Shown here piece by piece: positions 20,478 to 33,600 of a stretch of 64,000 nucleotides of DNA (positions within the stretch are counted from its first letter, which is position 1; each line of letters begins with the position of its first letter). The stretch is taken from positions 1 to 64,000 of IMG/VR virus record IMGVR_UViG_3300013121_000001, one strand, 5' to 3'. Source of the DNA: a virus. Taxonomy: Duplodnaviria > Caudoviricetes. The notes below the pieces were generated by a model. The model was not told where the DNA came from, did not search any database, and saw only the letters and a program-made list of their open reading frames with translations. The position numbers were made by a program, and so were the translations under genes.

Positions 20478-23400
20478 ATGGCAGATAGATTTTTTTACGA
20501 TATACCATTAGTAGACTTTAAGCCTGGCACTCCAGATGTAGATATGAACTTTCTTAAGTCATTAGCTGATGACTATAGACAGACTGTCGAGAAAGCTGAT
20601 GCTGCCAAAGAAGATATAATAAATAAGCTGGGTAGTCTTAACCTGCATCAAACATTTTCAGATGATTATGCACAGTACATGAAAAATGTAGAAACACAAA
20701 TAGATCAGCTTGATAATAAGTATCAGGGAAAGATGATTGATAGAAACTATAAGAATGAATTATCTTCAATGATACGCAATATTCAAAACGATCCTAATCT
20801 TAGATACATGGCTAATACAAGTAAAGAATTGTTTACTTATGAAGACATGGTTAGAACTAAGACTGATTACTTAGAATATAATGATCCAATGCTTAGTACA
20901 TATAAATCTGTATTAGAAAGACAGAAAGGTACTAAGCCTAGGTTTACAGCTACAAATATATATAGTGATGTAAATCCTAATGAGCAGATTAGACTTATAG
21001 CAAAGGATATAAATATAACAGAAGATACAGAATATAAATTTGACCCTGTTGCAGGAACAGTTGAAACTATAGATAAGAAAACAAGAACTGCATCAGACAT
21101 TACCTCGAAGATGAAACCAGTAATGGAATCATTTCGTGGTACTCAAGCTGGACAACAATTAGAAAGAGAAGCTAAGTGGAAAAAGAAACCAGATGGATCT
21201 TCGTATACTTATGAAGAATTATTTATTGATAGAGTAAATGGCGTTTCAAAATTACTTGAAGTCAACAATGTTAAGAAACAATTGTCTGTAAACCCAGCTA
21301 AAGAAGTAGAGCTAAAACAGAATCAAATTGATTTAGAGGCTGCAAAGCTACTACAGGATAAGGAACAGTTTGATAAACAGTTTGCACAAATGGTTAAACA
21401 AGCGAAGAATGATGATATAATTAAACTACAAACCCTTGCACTACAGTGGCAAACTCTTGGATTTGAGGTAGAAAAGTTTAATGCTGAAATGTTAGCACAG
21501 TATAATAAGAATGGGATGGAAGCTGCGCTTGATCTAATGGGTAAAAGAATACAGCAACAGAAGAACGGAATGTATTCACCTGGAGGAAGTGGAGGAGGAA
21601 GTGGAGGCGGTACTGGAGGTCAAGCACTTGGATACAACGAACGATTCCAGGGTCCTGGCGTACAAGCAGTAACACCAGACCTACCTGAAAATTCTTATAC
21701 GTCAAGATTAACTGAATCGGCAAAAGTTTCAGATGCAAGAGCAGCAGATATTAAACATAGACTTACTTCAAGTAACATATATAATGACGATCAGTTAACA
21801 CAAATTGAAGCATATTTAAATAGTATAGGTACACCAGATCAAGCAAAGCTTGGTAGTAATCCATTTACTATGAAGTATGTAAAATCAAATGGTGAGGTTG
21901 TTGTTGCACAGGGAACATTAGAACAAGCAATGTCTAATGACCCAATGTTAGTGCAGTATAGTCAAGCATACTTGGAAGGTAACAGAACGTATAAACAATT
22001 TGAAGATGTACTGTTTGAATCAACTAATAATTTTTTAGGTAAGTTTGCGGCTGATGATGAGACATTACAACAATGGTTAGATAATGGAATTCTGACTCGT
22101 GATATGTATAAATCTACAACATATAAAAATGCAGGCGGATATGGCATAGACGAACAGAAGTTAATGGAATACTATGGTGCATCTGTTACAAAAAATAAAT
22201 CACGCCGTATTATAGAAGTTGATGCGAAGGCTATAAATACAGATTATGTTGGGCCAACGCAAGTATACTATAATCAATTAGAATCAGCTGTAAATGAAAA
22301 CAAACCTATTGAAGTATTTTTACCTAGCGGATTGTCTGGAACTATTTCAGTACAACAAGCTAAAATAGCTTTAGCTAAAGCAGACCAACAAATATATAAT
22401 GAGATCATGAATAGTAATCCATACCTAAAGGAATGGAATAAATCTAAGACTGGAGCTGTAGCAAGTAGATTTGGTTCACAAGGTACTATAGTAAAAGGAT
22501 ATATGATGGACCCAAAAGGTGATGATGGATTATCTTCGCTTGAAACTAAATATACAAACGGACTAAATTTTAGTCTGGAAGGACTTGATCTATATAGTAC
22601 AACAACTGGGCTACCTTATAGAGCTGTAGGCGATGGACTAATATCAGAAACAACTTCTACTGGTGAAGCTACAGGAAATAAGTATAGTTATATCCAACCT
22701 GGAATTATATATCTTGATAGTACAGGTAGACTTGCAATGCAAGTTAAACTTTATACAATAGATCCAAAGAGTGCAAAACAAGGTGAAGTGCCGGCATCAA
22801 TACAAGCCACGTTATTAGATAGTGACAAATCTAATATACAAAGTGTGTTTCTTGCGCCACTGTTTGCAAATGTATATGGTCAAACTGTTGGAAAAGGAAT
22901 AGCTTCATTCTTTTCAGATAATGCAAAATGGGTAGCTAATAATGTATCATACATTAATACTGGAGAATCGGTGCAAGTACCTTATGACAGTAATACAAGT
23001 GTTATAAAACAAGTAGATGGTACATATCAAGTTTTAAATAAATCGACAGGAGAGACTATATCTGCAAATAGTGATTTTCAATTGGCGGAAGTACTATCCC
23101 GTGTAGATTATGCAGCTACTGCTACATATACTGAACCACAAATACCTACCATTAATTTAGATGCTGTGGGTCAAGTTCAAGCACACATAAAAGAATTGGA
23201 TGAATTAATAAGTGATTATATGAAAACCACAAATGAACTACCAAAAGATGTAACTACAACTACAACAACATCTAACGGTACGACTACTACTAAAACAGCA
23301 AATCCTGATTTAGTAAAACAGATAATCTTTGAAAGAGTCTTTAAGACAGCCGTGTCTGATAAAGAGAGTGGTGGCAATCCTGGAGCTGTAAATCTTAAAG

Positions 23401-24620
23401 GTGAGACGTTAAGTAATGGTACACAATTACCAGCTACAAATGCAGCTGGAGAATTTCAATTTGTACCTAGTGTTTGGAATGATAAGATTAGAGAGTGGGC
23501 TAGAGATTATGGTAAGGGAGACAACTATACCATATATAGTCCGACAGGAAACGGTCAATACGATAAAGCTGGACCAGACTATAATGACTTCTTAAAGGAT
23601 TCTGGGTTTCAACAATATGTAATGAACAGAGCATTAGAACAATATATAAGTACATATAATAAACTTCCTGCTGAGTTACGTAATATTGTAGGTCCATCGG
23701 AATTTTCTGTACTTGCACATTCTATTGGAGAGCCTACAGCTAAAGCCTACTATGAATTAAAGGCAGGACTAAAGACAGAAGATCAATTAACAGATAAACA
23801 AAGAATGTTAATACCAATAGGAGAAAAGTATTTAGAAGATATAAATAAAAGGTTAGGAAAGTCTAAGCCAAAGTCTACAACTCAACCAGCTAATGGTGCT
23901 ACAGGTAGTGCGCCTACTAAACAAAAAGCTATAGTAGATAATAAATTAAAAGACTTGCCAAAGGGCGATAAACTTACAATGGCGAATGGACAAACATATA
24001 CAAAGACTGAACCAGCTGGTAAGCCCAATCCAGAAATTCCAGATTGGAAGCAACAACCAGAAAATACAATTATTGATTTAGAATCAGATACATATCTAGA
24101 AGGCATTATGAATGATTGGGTATATGCTGTAAAACAATCTATGAAAGAAGGAAAATTATCTTCTCAGTATAGTGAAGAGGAAATAGACAACGGTATAAAG
24201 ACATATGTAATGAACAGACTAGAAGAGATTTATACAAGAGAAGAGCCCATAACAGTATCAGCCATGCTAGATAAGGTTTTAAATGATGCCATACATATAG
24301 AAGATGACGACTTTAGATATAGTCGGTATATAAAAGCGGCGCGTCTTGGGATTGGTCCACTTACCGAACAACTTCTAGTTGATCTTTCACTGTACGACGG
24401 TATTAATATACCGTGGGACTTCTTAAAAGAGTATCCACATCTATCCTGGGTACCATTAGAAACGCTTAAAAAGATTACACAAGCTGATGATTATTACGAA
24501 GCACTTAAACTACTTGCAGGTAACGTTGATAACATGAGTGGATCTGATTGGCAACAGTTTATATACGACTTCAACACGCTTGTTAGTGCAGAAATAGAAA
24601 AAGAAAAAAACAGTAAATAA
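20478..24620 (+). CDS. Cargo/ejection protein with lysozyme/SLT-like domain
   Basis: Helical N-terminus and KESGGNPGAVN...NAAGEFQFVPSVW (about 23360-23480). No cysteine seen. Confidence 0.65.
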   Translation: MADRFFYDIPLVDFKPGTPDVDMNFLKSLADDYRQTVEKADAAKEDIINKLGSLNLHQTFSDDYAQYMKNVETQIDQLDNKYQGKMIDRNYKNELSSMIRNIQNDPNLRYMANTSKELFTYEDMVRTKTDYLEYNDPMLSTYKSVLERQKGTKPRFTATNIYSDVNPNEQIRLIAKDINITEDTEYKFDPVAGTVETIDKKTRTASDITSKMKPVMESFRGTQAGQQLEREAKWKKKPDGSSYTYEELFIDRVNGVSKLLEVNNVKKQLSVNPAKEVELKQNQIDLEAAKLLQDKEQFDKQFAQMVKQAKNDDIIKLQTLALQWQTLGFEVEKFNAEMLAQYNKNGMEAALDLMGKRIQQQKNGMYSPGGSGGGSGGGTGGQALGYNERFQGPGVQAVTPDLPENSYTSRLTESAKVSDARAADIKHRLTSSNIYNDDQLTQIEAYLNSIGTPDQAKLGSNPFTMKYVKSNGEVVVAQGTLEQAMSNDPMLVQYSQAYLEGNRTYKQFEDVLFESTNNFLGKFAADDETLQQWLDNGILTRDMYKSTTYKNAGGYGIDEQKLMEYYGASVTKNKSRRIIEVDAKAINTDYVGPTQVYYNQLESAVNENKPIEVFLPSGLSGTISVQQAKIALAKADQQIYNEIMNSNPYLKEWNKSKTGAVASRFGSQGTIVKGYMMDPKGDDGLSSLETKYTNGLNFSLEGLDLYSTTTGLPYRAVGDGLISETTSTGEATGNKYSYIQPGIIYLDSTGRLAMQVKLYTIDPKSAKQGEVPASIQATLLDSDKSNIQSVFLAPLFANVYGQTVGKGIASFFSDNAKWVANNVSYINTGESVQVPYDSNTSVIKQVDGTYQVLNKSTGETISANSDFQLAEVLSRVDYAATATYTEPQIPTINLDAVGQVQAHIKELDELISDYMKTTNELPKDVTTTTTTSNGTTTTKTANPDLVKQIIFERVFKTAVSDKESGGNPGAVNLKGETLSNGTQLPATNAAGEFQFVPSVWNDKIREWARDYGKGDNYTIYSPTGNGQYDKAGPDYNDFLKDSGFQQYVMNRALEQYISTYNKLPAELRNIVGPSEFSVLAHSIGEPTAKAYYELKAGLKTEDQLTDKQRMLIPIGEKYLEDINKRLGKSKPKSTTQPANGATGSAPTKQKAIVDNKLKDLPKGDKLTMANGQTYTKTEPAGKPNPEIPDWKQQPENTIIDLESDTYLEGIMNDWVYAVKQSMKEGKLSSQYSEEEIDNGIKTYVMNRLEEIYTREEPITVSAMLDKVLNDAIHIEDDDFRYSRYIKAARLGIGPLTEQLLVDLSLYDGINIPWDFLKEYPHLSWVPLETLKKITQADDYYEALKLLAGNVDNMSGSDWQQFIYDFNTLVSAEIEKEKNSK

Positions 24621-27600
24621 TGGGTAAAACTAATTTAATAAATCCGTATCAGGATATCATAGACTTTGCTAATGCTCAATCTGGTGCAAGGTTTAATCCA
24701 TTTGATAATAGAGTACCATTAGCTGGTGCGTCTACTATGAGCACTGCGCCAAGTAGTGGTATAGATATAAGGCAATCAGAGTTTCAGATTCCTAGTAACA
24801 TCACTCCAGAAGACTTGCCTTATTATCAGGCAGCTCAACAAGACAATTGGTCAAGATTAGGTAGGACACTTGGCAACTTACCATTTAATGTTGGATTCGG
24901 TATACTAGAAACATTTGGATATCTAGGTTCTATGCCAGACTTAATATGGGGTGGTGACTTTGATAATGCGCTAACAAGTTGGGCAAGAGAAAAGAGAAAC
25001 GCAGTAGCTGGTCAAGTATACGAACCTGTATACGGAAAGAGTACTGTTGAACACTTAAGTAATCCTGCATGGTGGATTGTAAATGGTGGAGGTTTAGCTG
25101 AAAGTATTTCAGAGTTTGGCATTACTACAATACCAATTGCAGGAGCCTTAGGTAAAGCCGCACAACTTGCAGCAAATGTAGCTAAAGTTACTGCTCGTAC
25201 AGCGACAGGATTAAATCTTGGAGCTAGAGTATTAACTGGTGTAACAACGGGATATATGGAAGGTGCAATGAGTGGTGCACAAATATACCAACAAACTTAT
25301 GAAGATGGTTTGTCGAAAGGCTTAGGCATAGAAGCAGCACAAAAGAATGCAGCAGAAGCTGCAGCTACTACTACAAGAATAAATACAGTATTGATGGGTA
25401 TATCAAATGCTGCAATGTTAGGACCCGCATTCTTCAGTGCAGATAAAGTAGCACGAGCTGAACGTTATGCACAACAGATGGGATTGTCACAAGCTGTAGG
25501 AGAAACGAATGAACAGTTTATTAAACGTTTAGAAGCTGCTTCGATAGAAGATGCGCTTAAGAACAATACCTATAAGATATTTGGTAAGTATGATTCTGGT
25601 ATACGCAGAGGCTCGCTAGACTGGTTAAAAGAATCAACCATGGAAGCTGGAGAAGAAGTAGCTAACGTATTTGCAGAGCAGCGTGGTTTACAAGCAGGTG
25701 GTGTAACAGAAAAAAAAGGCATACTTGAAACACTGTCCGATGTATTAAGCTCGCCTGAAGGACAAATGTCTGCACTACTTGGAGCATTTGGCGGTATAGG
25801 CGAAGCTTCTATAATTAGTAGAATACCTTGGCATAGATACCAAGAAACAAAAGAAACAACTGATGCAGAAGGTAGACCTATTACTGAACCAGTAGGTGCT
25901 AAACAATGGGTATCAGCAAAGACATTAGAAGATAAAGAAGTTCAAGAAAAGTTTGAGCAATTCAAAGGAACTATAATAAGAGATGTAAAACAGTTTGAAG
26001 AAGGACAAAAGAATCTAAGTACATTAAAGACTAGACTTATTAATGCAGAGGAAGATGATAAAGAATGGTTGAAGACTCAAATAGAATTGCAAACACAAAA
26101 GCTATTTGACTTTTCAGCATATCAATCATTACAAACAGGAAACTTAAAAGCTATCCGAGAATTATTTCAAGGTGTGGCGGAATTAGATAATACAGAAGTG
26201 TTGTCTGATAAGATTGACCAACAAATTGCAACTCTTAAGTCAACTCGTGATACATTGCCAGAAGATGGAAAAGCTGCAATTAATATAGAAATTGAAAGAC
26301 TTGAAAGAGAAAGTGCTAAATACTCTGGCATGACAGCCGCCATGGCTGCCGGTCTTGCAGATAGTACTAGCGATAATGCATACAAGACAAGAGCAGAAAA
26401 TCAAATAGAGAAGCTCAATTCTCTTGAAAAGATATACGATGATACAATGGCTAGATATAATTATGGCGATGAGCTAACATATGGGTTAGCTAAATATATA
26501 TTCTCTGCTAAAGCAGAACTATTAAATATTGGCGTAGCTGTAGAAGAACTAACTAAGTTTGAACAGAACTTGGCTGCAAAGATTGATGCACAAATGGCAG
26601 CAGATAATCTGCCTATGGATTTACAAGCTTACGTTAAGAACCAGTCGGCATACATGAGTCTTAGTAATAGATTAAATACTCTTTTAGAGAAGCACACAAA
26701 GATTAGAGACAATATTGATAGTATGACAGAATCAGAACTATTATCTGCCATGCATGAGATGGGTGTACCTACCTCTACATTACCTGTAGATTCTACAAAG
26801 GAACAACTTATAGAAGCTTTAACTGATTATACAAATACTACAGCGGCAGTTATAGGTGCTAAGATGGAAGACGCTTCAGATGAACTATTAAATGCTATTA
26901 CATCTTACGCAAACTCTAAGGCGATAAATAAGCCATTACCATTAAATAGTACTGCAACTCCTACACCAGATTTAGAAGAAGCCAAAGCACAACTGGAAGC
27001 TGCGTTTAAAAAAGAACAAAAAAATCTATATGGATTAGCTACAGTAAGAACAAGGCTTGAGAATTTAAAAGCAATGCAAACACATCTTGATAACAGTATT
27101 AATAAACTCGCATCTGCAAAAGGACGTAAGCAGTTTATAGAATTCGTAAAGAAACAATTAGAAGATAGAGCAAAGACATCTGCGCAACAGAAAACGGAGG
27201 TAGATAGCAAGAACATTACTGAACGTAGGTTTGCCAATGAGTTGAGAATGAAAGGATATGATAAAGATTTCGTTAACGCTTTAATGAAAGCACTAACAGA
27301 AGGTACTGCATTACCACAACAATATAGAAATACAAATGTATTTGTACAAGGTTCTCGAGGTAACTTTACTGGTAAACGTTATCGTATTTATATTGACGAG
27401 AACGGTAAGGCTACTATAAGTGAACTTAAGCCTAAAGGTAAAAAACGTAGTAGATGGGAACTTACTGGTAGTAGTAGTGTTAAGTTCACCGATAAGAAAG
27501 ATAAGCAAGTATATAGAAATGTAAAGGATAAGAAGACAGGTAAATTTAAAAAAGTATTAGATAAGAATACAGAGCTTCGTGGTAAGATAAATGTACATGC

Positions 27601-30600
27601 ATTTATGCGTTCAATGAGAGTTCTGTCTGTACAAGAAAACAATGACTACAATGCAACATCAAAACTTAGAGTTAAACGAACAGTTGCAAAGCAAGCGGCA
27701 TATCAAATGATTAGACAACTACAAGATAGACAAGCAAATGCACAAGCTGTTGTTGCAATGAGAACGGCAGATATAGAAAAGATGCAGAATGTCCAAGCAG
27801 ACTTTGTTACTGTATTTACAAATTTATTTAATACGTTTAACTTAGATCCTACAGCATTATCATCAGTATTATCTAGACTTAATGATGCATTTGATAATTA
27901 TAAAGAAGAAATAAATAGAATCGAAACAGATAATAGCTTAGACGATCAGGCTAAGACATCACAATCAATTATCGGAGCGACTGTGTTTGAAGAAGCAATA
28001 GAAGATCTTAGATATGATGTGATTGAAATGTTCTATAATACTATTTCTGCGAGGCACCAAGCTGCGGATACTACACTTAGTACTGAGGATGCAATGGATA
28101 AAGCAGCAGAAGAGCTTGAAGCGTTTACTAAAGCTAATGCTAGTGCAAACTTGTTGTTTGATACAGAGGCACATGCAAAAAATGCAGTTATATTAATGAA
28201 TCGTTCAAGAACTATTAACGATTTACAGAAAGAATTAGATGCTGCACAAAATGATTTCGAACATCTACAACAACGTATAGAAGCTGTTACATCTTATCTA
28301 CAAGATCTTTCTAACTTACCACTAACATCTTTTAATACAGCGCCTATAGTAGAACTTAGATTAGCTGTCGAAGGAGAATTAAAAGATGATTTTCCATTTG
28401 AGTTTGCTTCGTTTATGGATAATACTATACAGACAGGTAGACAAGAGCTTGCCATATTTATGTTACAGCTTTATGAAGAAGTTGAGAAAATGCCAGACAC
28501 GTCTCCCGAAAAAGATCAAATGAAGACGCTACTTAATTCTTTGTCTACTAAGTATGGTATGACACAATTAGATATACTTGATGCTCGGATTACTATATTA
28601 GCGGATAGAGGTAAGCCAAATCTAGGAGTAGTTGAAAATCTAACCTCAGTTCGTGTGGCTAAAGCTTTAAAGACTTTAGCTGATAAAGGATTTAAGCTGG
28701 ATACACTTGAAGATTTAATTAAAGCCGAAGAAATATTATTAATGCGTGATTTGCTAGAACAAGAACGTGTTAACATGCAAGCTGAAATAGATGCATTACA
28801 AGAAGACTTAAATCAATTACGTGAATTTAGAAACCTTCAAGTTAGAAATCTAGCGTTACTTGCTAAGACGGCAAAGAACGCATCCTTGTTTGATATGACA
28901 GTAGTGGAAGACTTTAAAGGACATCTTGAAAGTAATTATAAAGATTTAAATCTTCCTAATCCAGAAGAAATATTAAAGGCATTGGCATTAGATGATGAAG
29001 ACAGTATTGCATATAATGCTATGTATGCAGCATTACTTGAATATAGAAACGGTAATGTAACACAAGTACAACAAGACATACAAGAATTTAAAACAAGATT
29101 TGCGGATAGGCATATAGACTCTGACACTGTGACAGAACTTTTACAGGATCAGATTAATGCTCTAACTGTAGCAAAGGATGAAATGCTTAGAAATACAATA
29201 AAGAGACAAGCATTATTTGTAACGCTAATGAATAAGTACATCACTGGATTACAGGATGAGTCTATGTTCAAAGCGATATACTACAAGAAGCTAAAAGATC
29301 TTGGATCTCATGCTGAAAGTAATTTTATAAACAATTTTGATCTAGACTTCAATGAAGATATTGAACCAGATTATTATACAGTAGCACGTAAAACAAGTAC
29401 AGAGTTTTCTACTACAGGTATGGAGGATATATTCACACCGAACAATCCTGCGTATGTAGACGAGAAAGGTAATCTTGTTATGGCTAAAGGTATACGTGGT
29501 ATTAACAAAGATGATGGTACTATACTTAATCCAAACGATCCTGTAGATCGAGTTATCATAGAGAAACATCTTCCTATGGAAAGATGGTTTAGATTTACTT
29601 CATCAAATGAGACAAGAAAATTAATCAAGGAAGGTAAAGTTAATCTAAAACTACAATCCATAAAGAAGGCATTAGAGTATGCAGAAACAATAATTAATGA
29701 TGTTAATTCTAGCGAATCGAAGAAGCTTACTTATGGGGTGCTAAAGAAAGAGCTTGAAGCTATGATTAAAAGTATTGAAGATGCAAACCCTGCAAACTCT
29801 GATGAGATATTAGCTAATACTGTTATAGCAATACCTGTAACAAGTAATGGTGATATGACACACGCTGCTTACTTTGATGCAGATATAAACGCTACACAAG
29901 CTGCAATACCTTGGACAGTACTTAGAAAGTCTACAACAGTATTCCCTAGAAATCAAATGGGTGATACTGAATTAGACTTAGAAAAACTAGGTGTTGGATC
30001 TAGGCGAATTGCTGCAGCAGAACGTAATTTAAAGTTTGAAGTAGCTGGAAATACTGTAACTATATTTACAGATAAAGAGAAGACTAAGAAATATACATTT
30101 CCTAATGGAGATACTTCGTATACGATACAGTCTGCTACACAAAAACAACGCTATACTGAGCTACAACAACTACGTAGAAGGATTGCGATAGACATGTTAA
30201 GAGCAGAGTATGAAACCTTTATTAAAGATATAGTAAATAGTGATGATCCACAATATGTAGAGATAAAAGCAACAACACCTGGAACGAACTTAATGGTACA
30301 CGAGATCACACCAAGTGGACCAAAGATGTTGAAAAGAAAAATGAGTGAGATATCCGTTACACAAGATACAGGAGACTTTAAAGGAAAACTATACATAGCA
30401 CAACGTGATGGATTAACCATTGATGGCGTACAATATTCACAATTCTCTCCTGGTCAATTAGTATATAAAGGGGTTAACGATGAAACTTATTTAGCAATGA
30501 CTAAGAATCTAGAGGACCTAGATCCTACATTAAGAGACAGATTTATAGACGTATTCTTATATGCACTATTATTAGCAGGTACTGTTACAACACCACTTGG

Positions 30601-33600
30601 TAGCATTAATGTTAGAACAGCTACTCACAAGGGACAATACGGAGAGAAGATACAAAGAAATGATGATGTACCCTCAGACATGGTGCCAGTGTTTCCGTCT
30701 AAATCTGCGCTGTCTATTCTTGAAACATTTCTAAACTATGGCAGAAAGCGTGATAATGGTGGTAAGTTCAATCCTAATAAAGATCAGATCTTTATTGAGA
30801 GTGGTAATGTGGTAATGATACGTAGGAATGCAGCTGGTGTATATGATAGAACAGAGATTAGTCTGTCAAGTATCATAGTAAATGGAACTATAGATAAGAA
30901 TAACGCAGATGTAAAAAAGATAATTGACTATTTAAGTAAAAAGCACATGAACGTAAACTCACGTATGCTGTTGTTTAGTAACAACAATAATATGTTCTTT
31001 TTACCTAAGGTTAAAAACAATCTTGTTGTAGGTAATAGAATTAGTATCGGTGATAGACACGGTATTGAAATGGAATTCCAGAATCAGAATTATAAGACAT
31101 GGTTATCACGTAATGTTCTAGAAGTTGCTAAGATGCCTGAAGCTAAACCAGGTGAGAAACTAAGCAGAACTTCAGGACAAAAAAACTTAATATACAGCGA
31201 TGAACTAAGTGATACATTTATTGTACCAAAGACAAAAGCTAAAACTACAAAGGCACAACCTACTGTACAGCAACAACAAAATGTTAATTCACAAGTTAAC
31301 ACAAAGAAACAACCGTCATCGAACACAACTAAAAGTTCGAGAGCTTGGTCTTCTCTATCTGCTGATGAGAAGGACGATATTAAAATAAAGTTTATGTCTT
31401 CTGCACGTGCTGTTGGTTTACCTACACAACAGTTAGACATAGAAGTAGAAAAATGGTACAACGAAAATGTTTATAGCGCAGGTGCTCCTAAAAAGTTTCC
31501 AGCATCTATAAAACAAGATGTTGAAAGAATAATAGAGACACAAGAAGCTAAAGATAATCTAAGAGATATATTTGGAGATCAGTTTGTACAAGACCACTTT
31601 GAAATGATAAGTGGATTAATACATGGAGAAGACATAGGCTACTTCACAGATGATGGTAAGATATTACTTAGTACTCAATCGTTTGCTGGAGTAGAATATC
31701 ACGAAGCATTCCACAGAGTATGGCGTATATTTGTACCTGCTGCACAGAGAGAAGAAATAATTACAGAGTTTAAAACACGTGCAAACTGGAAAGCTTTAGT
31801 AGAAGCTAAACAAGATGAAGGTTATCGAACTAAAAGTGAGGCAGAAATAATAGAGGAGATATTGTCTGACGAGTTCATGGATTATATGATGAACAAAAAG
31901 ACAAAGCTAAAAGATAAACAACGTACTTGGTTTCAAAAACTAATTGACTTTCTGCGTAATCTATTTAGTCCAGATAAATCTTATCCAACTAAAGTAGAAA
32001 GATTGTTTGCTGAGATTTCTCAAGGCAAATATAAAAACATGTCTGGAAGTGTAGATCCAATATTCCTTTATAAGGGGGCACCAAAGAAAGCAAAGATGCC
32101 TGTTCCAGACAGTGTGTCTGGTGGATATAGACTTCAGGATATAGTAATTAATGACACTGTATATCAAGAGTTTAGAAACGGATTTGCATTATCAATACTA
32201 CGTAGCCTAAGAGACTCAGGTAGGTTGTATGCAACAATATCAGGAATGAGTACAGACATAGAAGATGTGTTTAAAAACAAACTTGTAGAAATTGTAGACA
32301 AACTTCGAAACGTAAAGGCTACTGAAGCAATACCTATGCGTGAGTACGCAGAATCTATATTAGATATTTATGACAAGATAGATGAGATAGAATCTATAGA
32401 AGATAAGTCAGAGGCAGAAAAACGACAATTAGTAATACTGAGAAGACTGTTAAATAACAATGAAATTATTAATGGATATAAAGCATTTATGAAAGACTTA
32501 GGTATAGATAATAACGATGTTACTACATCTAATTTAACTATTGAAGAAATGCTAGATACTGATAATGGGCCAATAAAAGACGACGCAACCTATAGAGTAA
32601 CGTTTGAACTAGATCCTCGTACTAGTATGAAATCTTTAATGAGATTACTTATTGCCACTCTACCTGAAGTACAACTTACTATAGGTACATCACGTCCTGG
32701 ATTACCAGCTAGAAAGGTATACACACCATTAGGTGGAACTATACTATCAAACATAGCACAGCCAGCTAATTGGAATAATACAGTATCCTTATTACTAAAA
32801 GAGATGGCAGGTGTACCACCAATCTTTGTACGTACAAGATTAGATACACTTGGAAGTAAGTTCCCTATGCTAAGAGAATTAGTAACTTACTTGCTACATG
32901 AGGACAATACTCCTGTACTTAATTTATTTACAAGTGCATTTCATAATCACAATTATGAAATGAGCATACAAATGATGAGAATAGATAAAGGTAAAGATGT
33001 AAGTGTATATTCAGCAAATGCAAATATAAATAGTGGTATTGGTACAATACAGCTTAGAATGCGTTCGTATATTGAGCAACAATTAACTGCAGATAATAAA
33101 TCTGCAATTTATGATTACTTTAACAAGATACCTACGATAGGCTCAGGTAGCTATAATCAAGACCAGCTAACTAAGATATTGGGATTCTTAGGTATTGAGA
33201 TACCACCAATATTTCTTGAAGTAGGTACAGATGGTAAACCTATGTTTATGCGTTCAGAGTTCTTAGTATCAAGTTATGATACCACAACTGGTGGTACTAC
33301 ACCTAAGGATTTATCTTTCTTAGCTAGAACTCTTGTTGGCGAGATTATAAAACATACAAGTTCATATAACTCTCGTATTAATAACTTGGATGGAATCTTT
33401 AATGGGGACGTAGTTAAGGGAACACTAAATCAATTAGCAGAGGTAGTTGCTAAGATGACGCCATCTAAGAGCGTATCTATTATGAATGGACAGAATAAGA
33501 TGTACTATCCTATAAATCAACACAGCTATCAAACAGTAATGCTAGACGATATATCGTTTGTATTGCAAGCATCTACTGCAGAGATAAATGAAATGTACAA

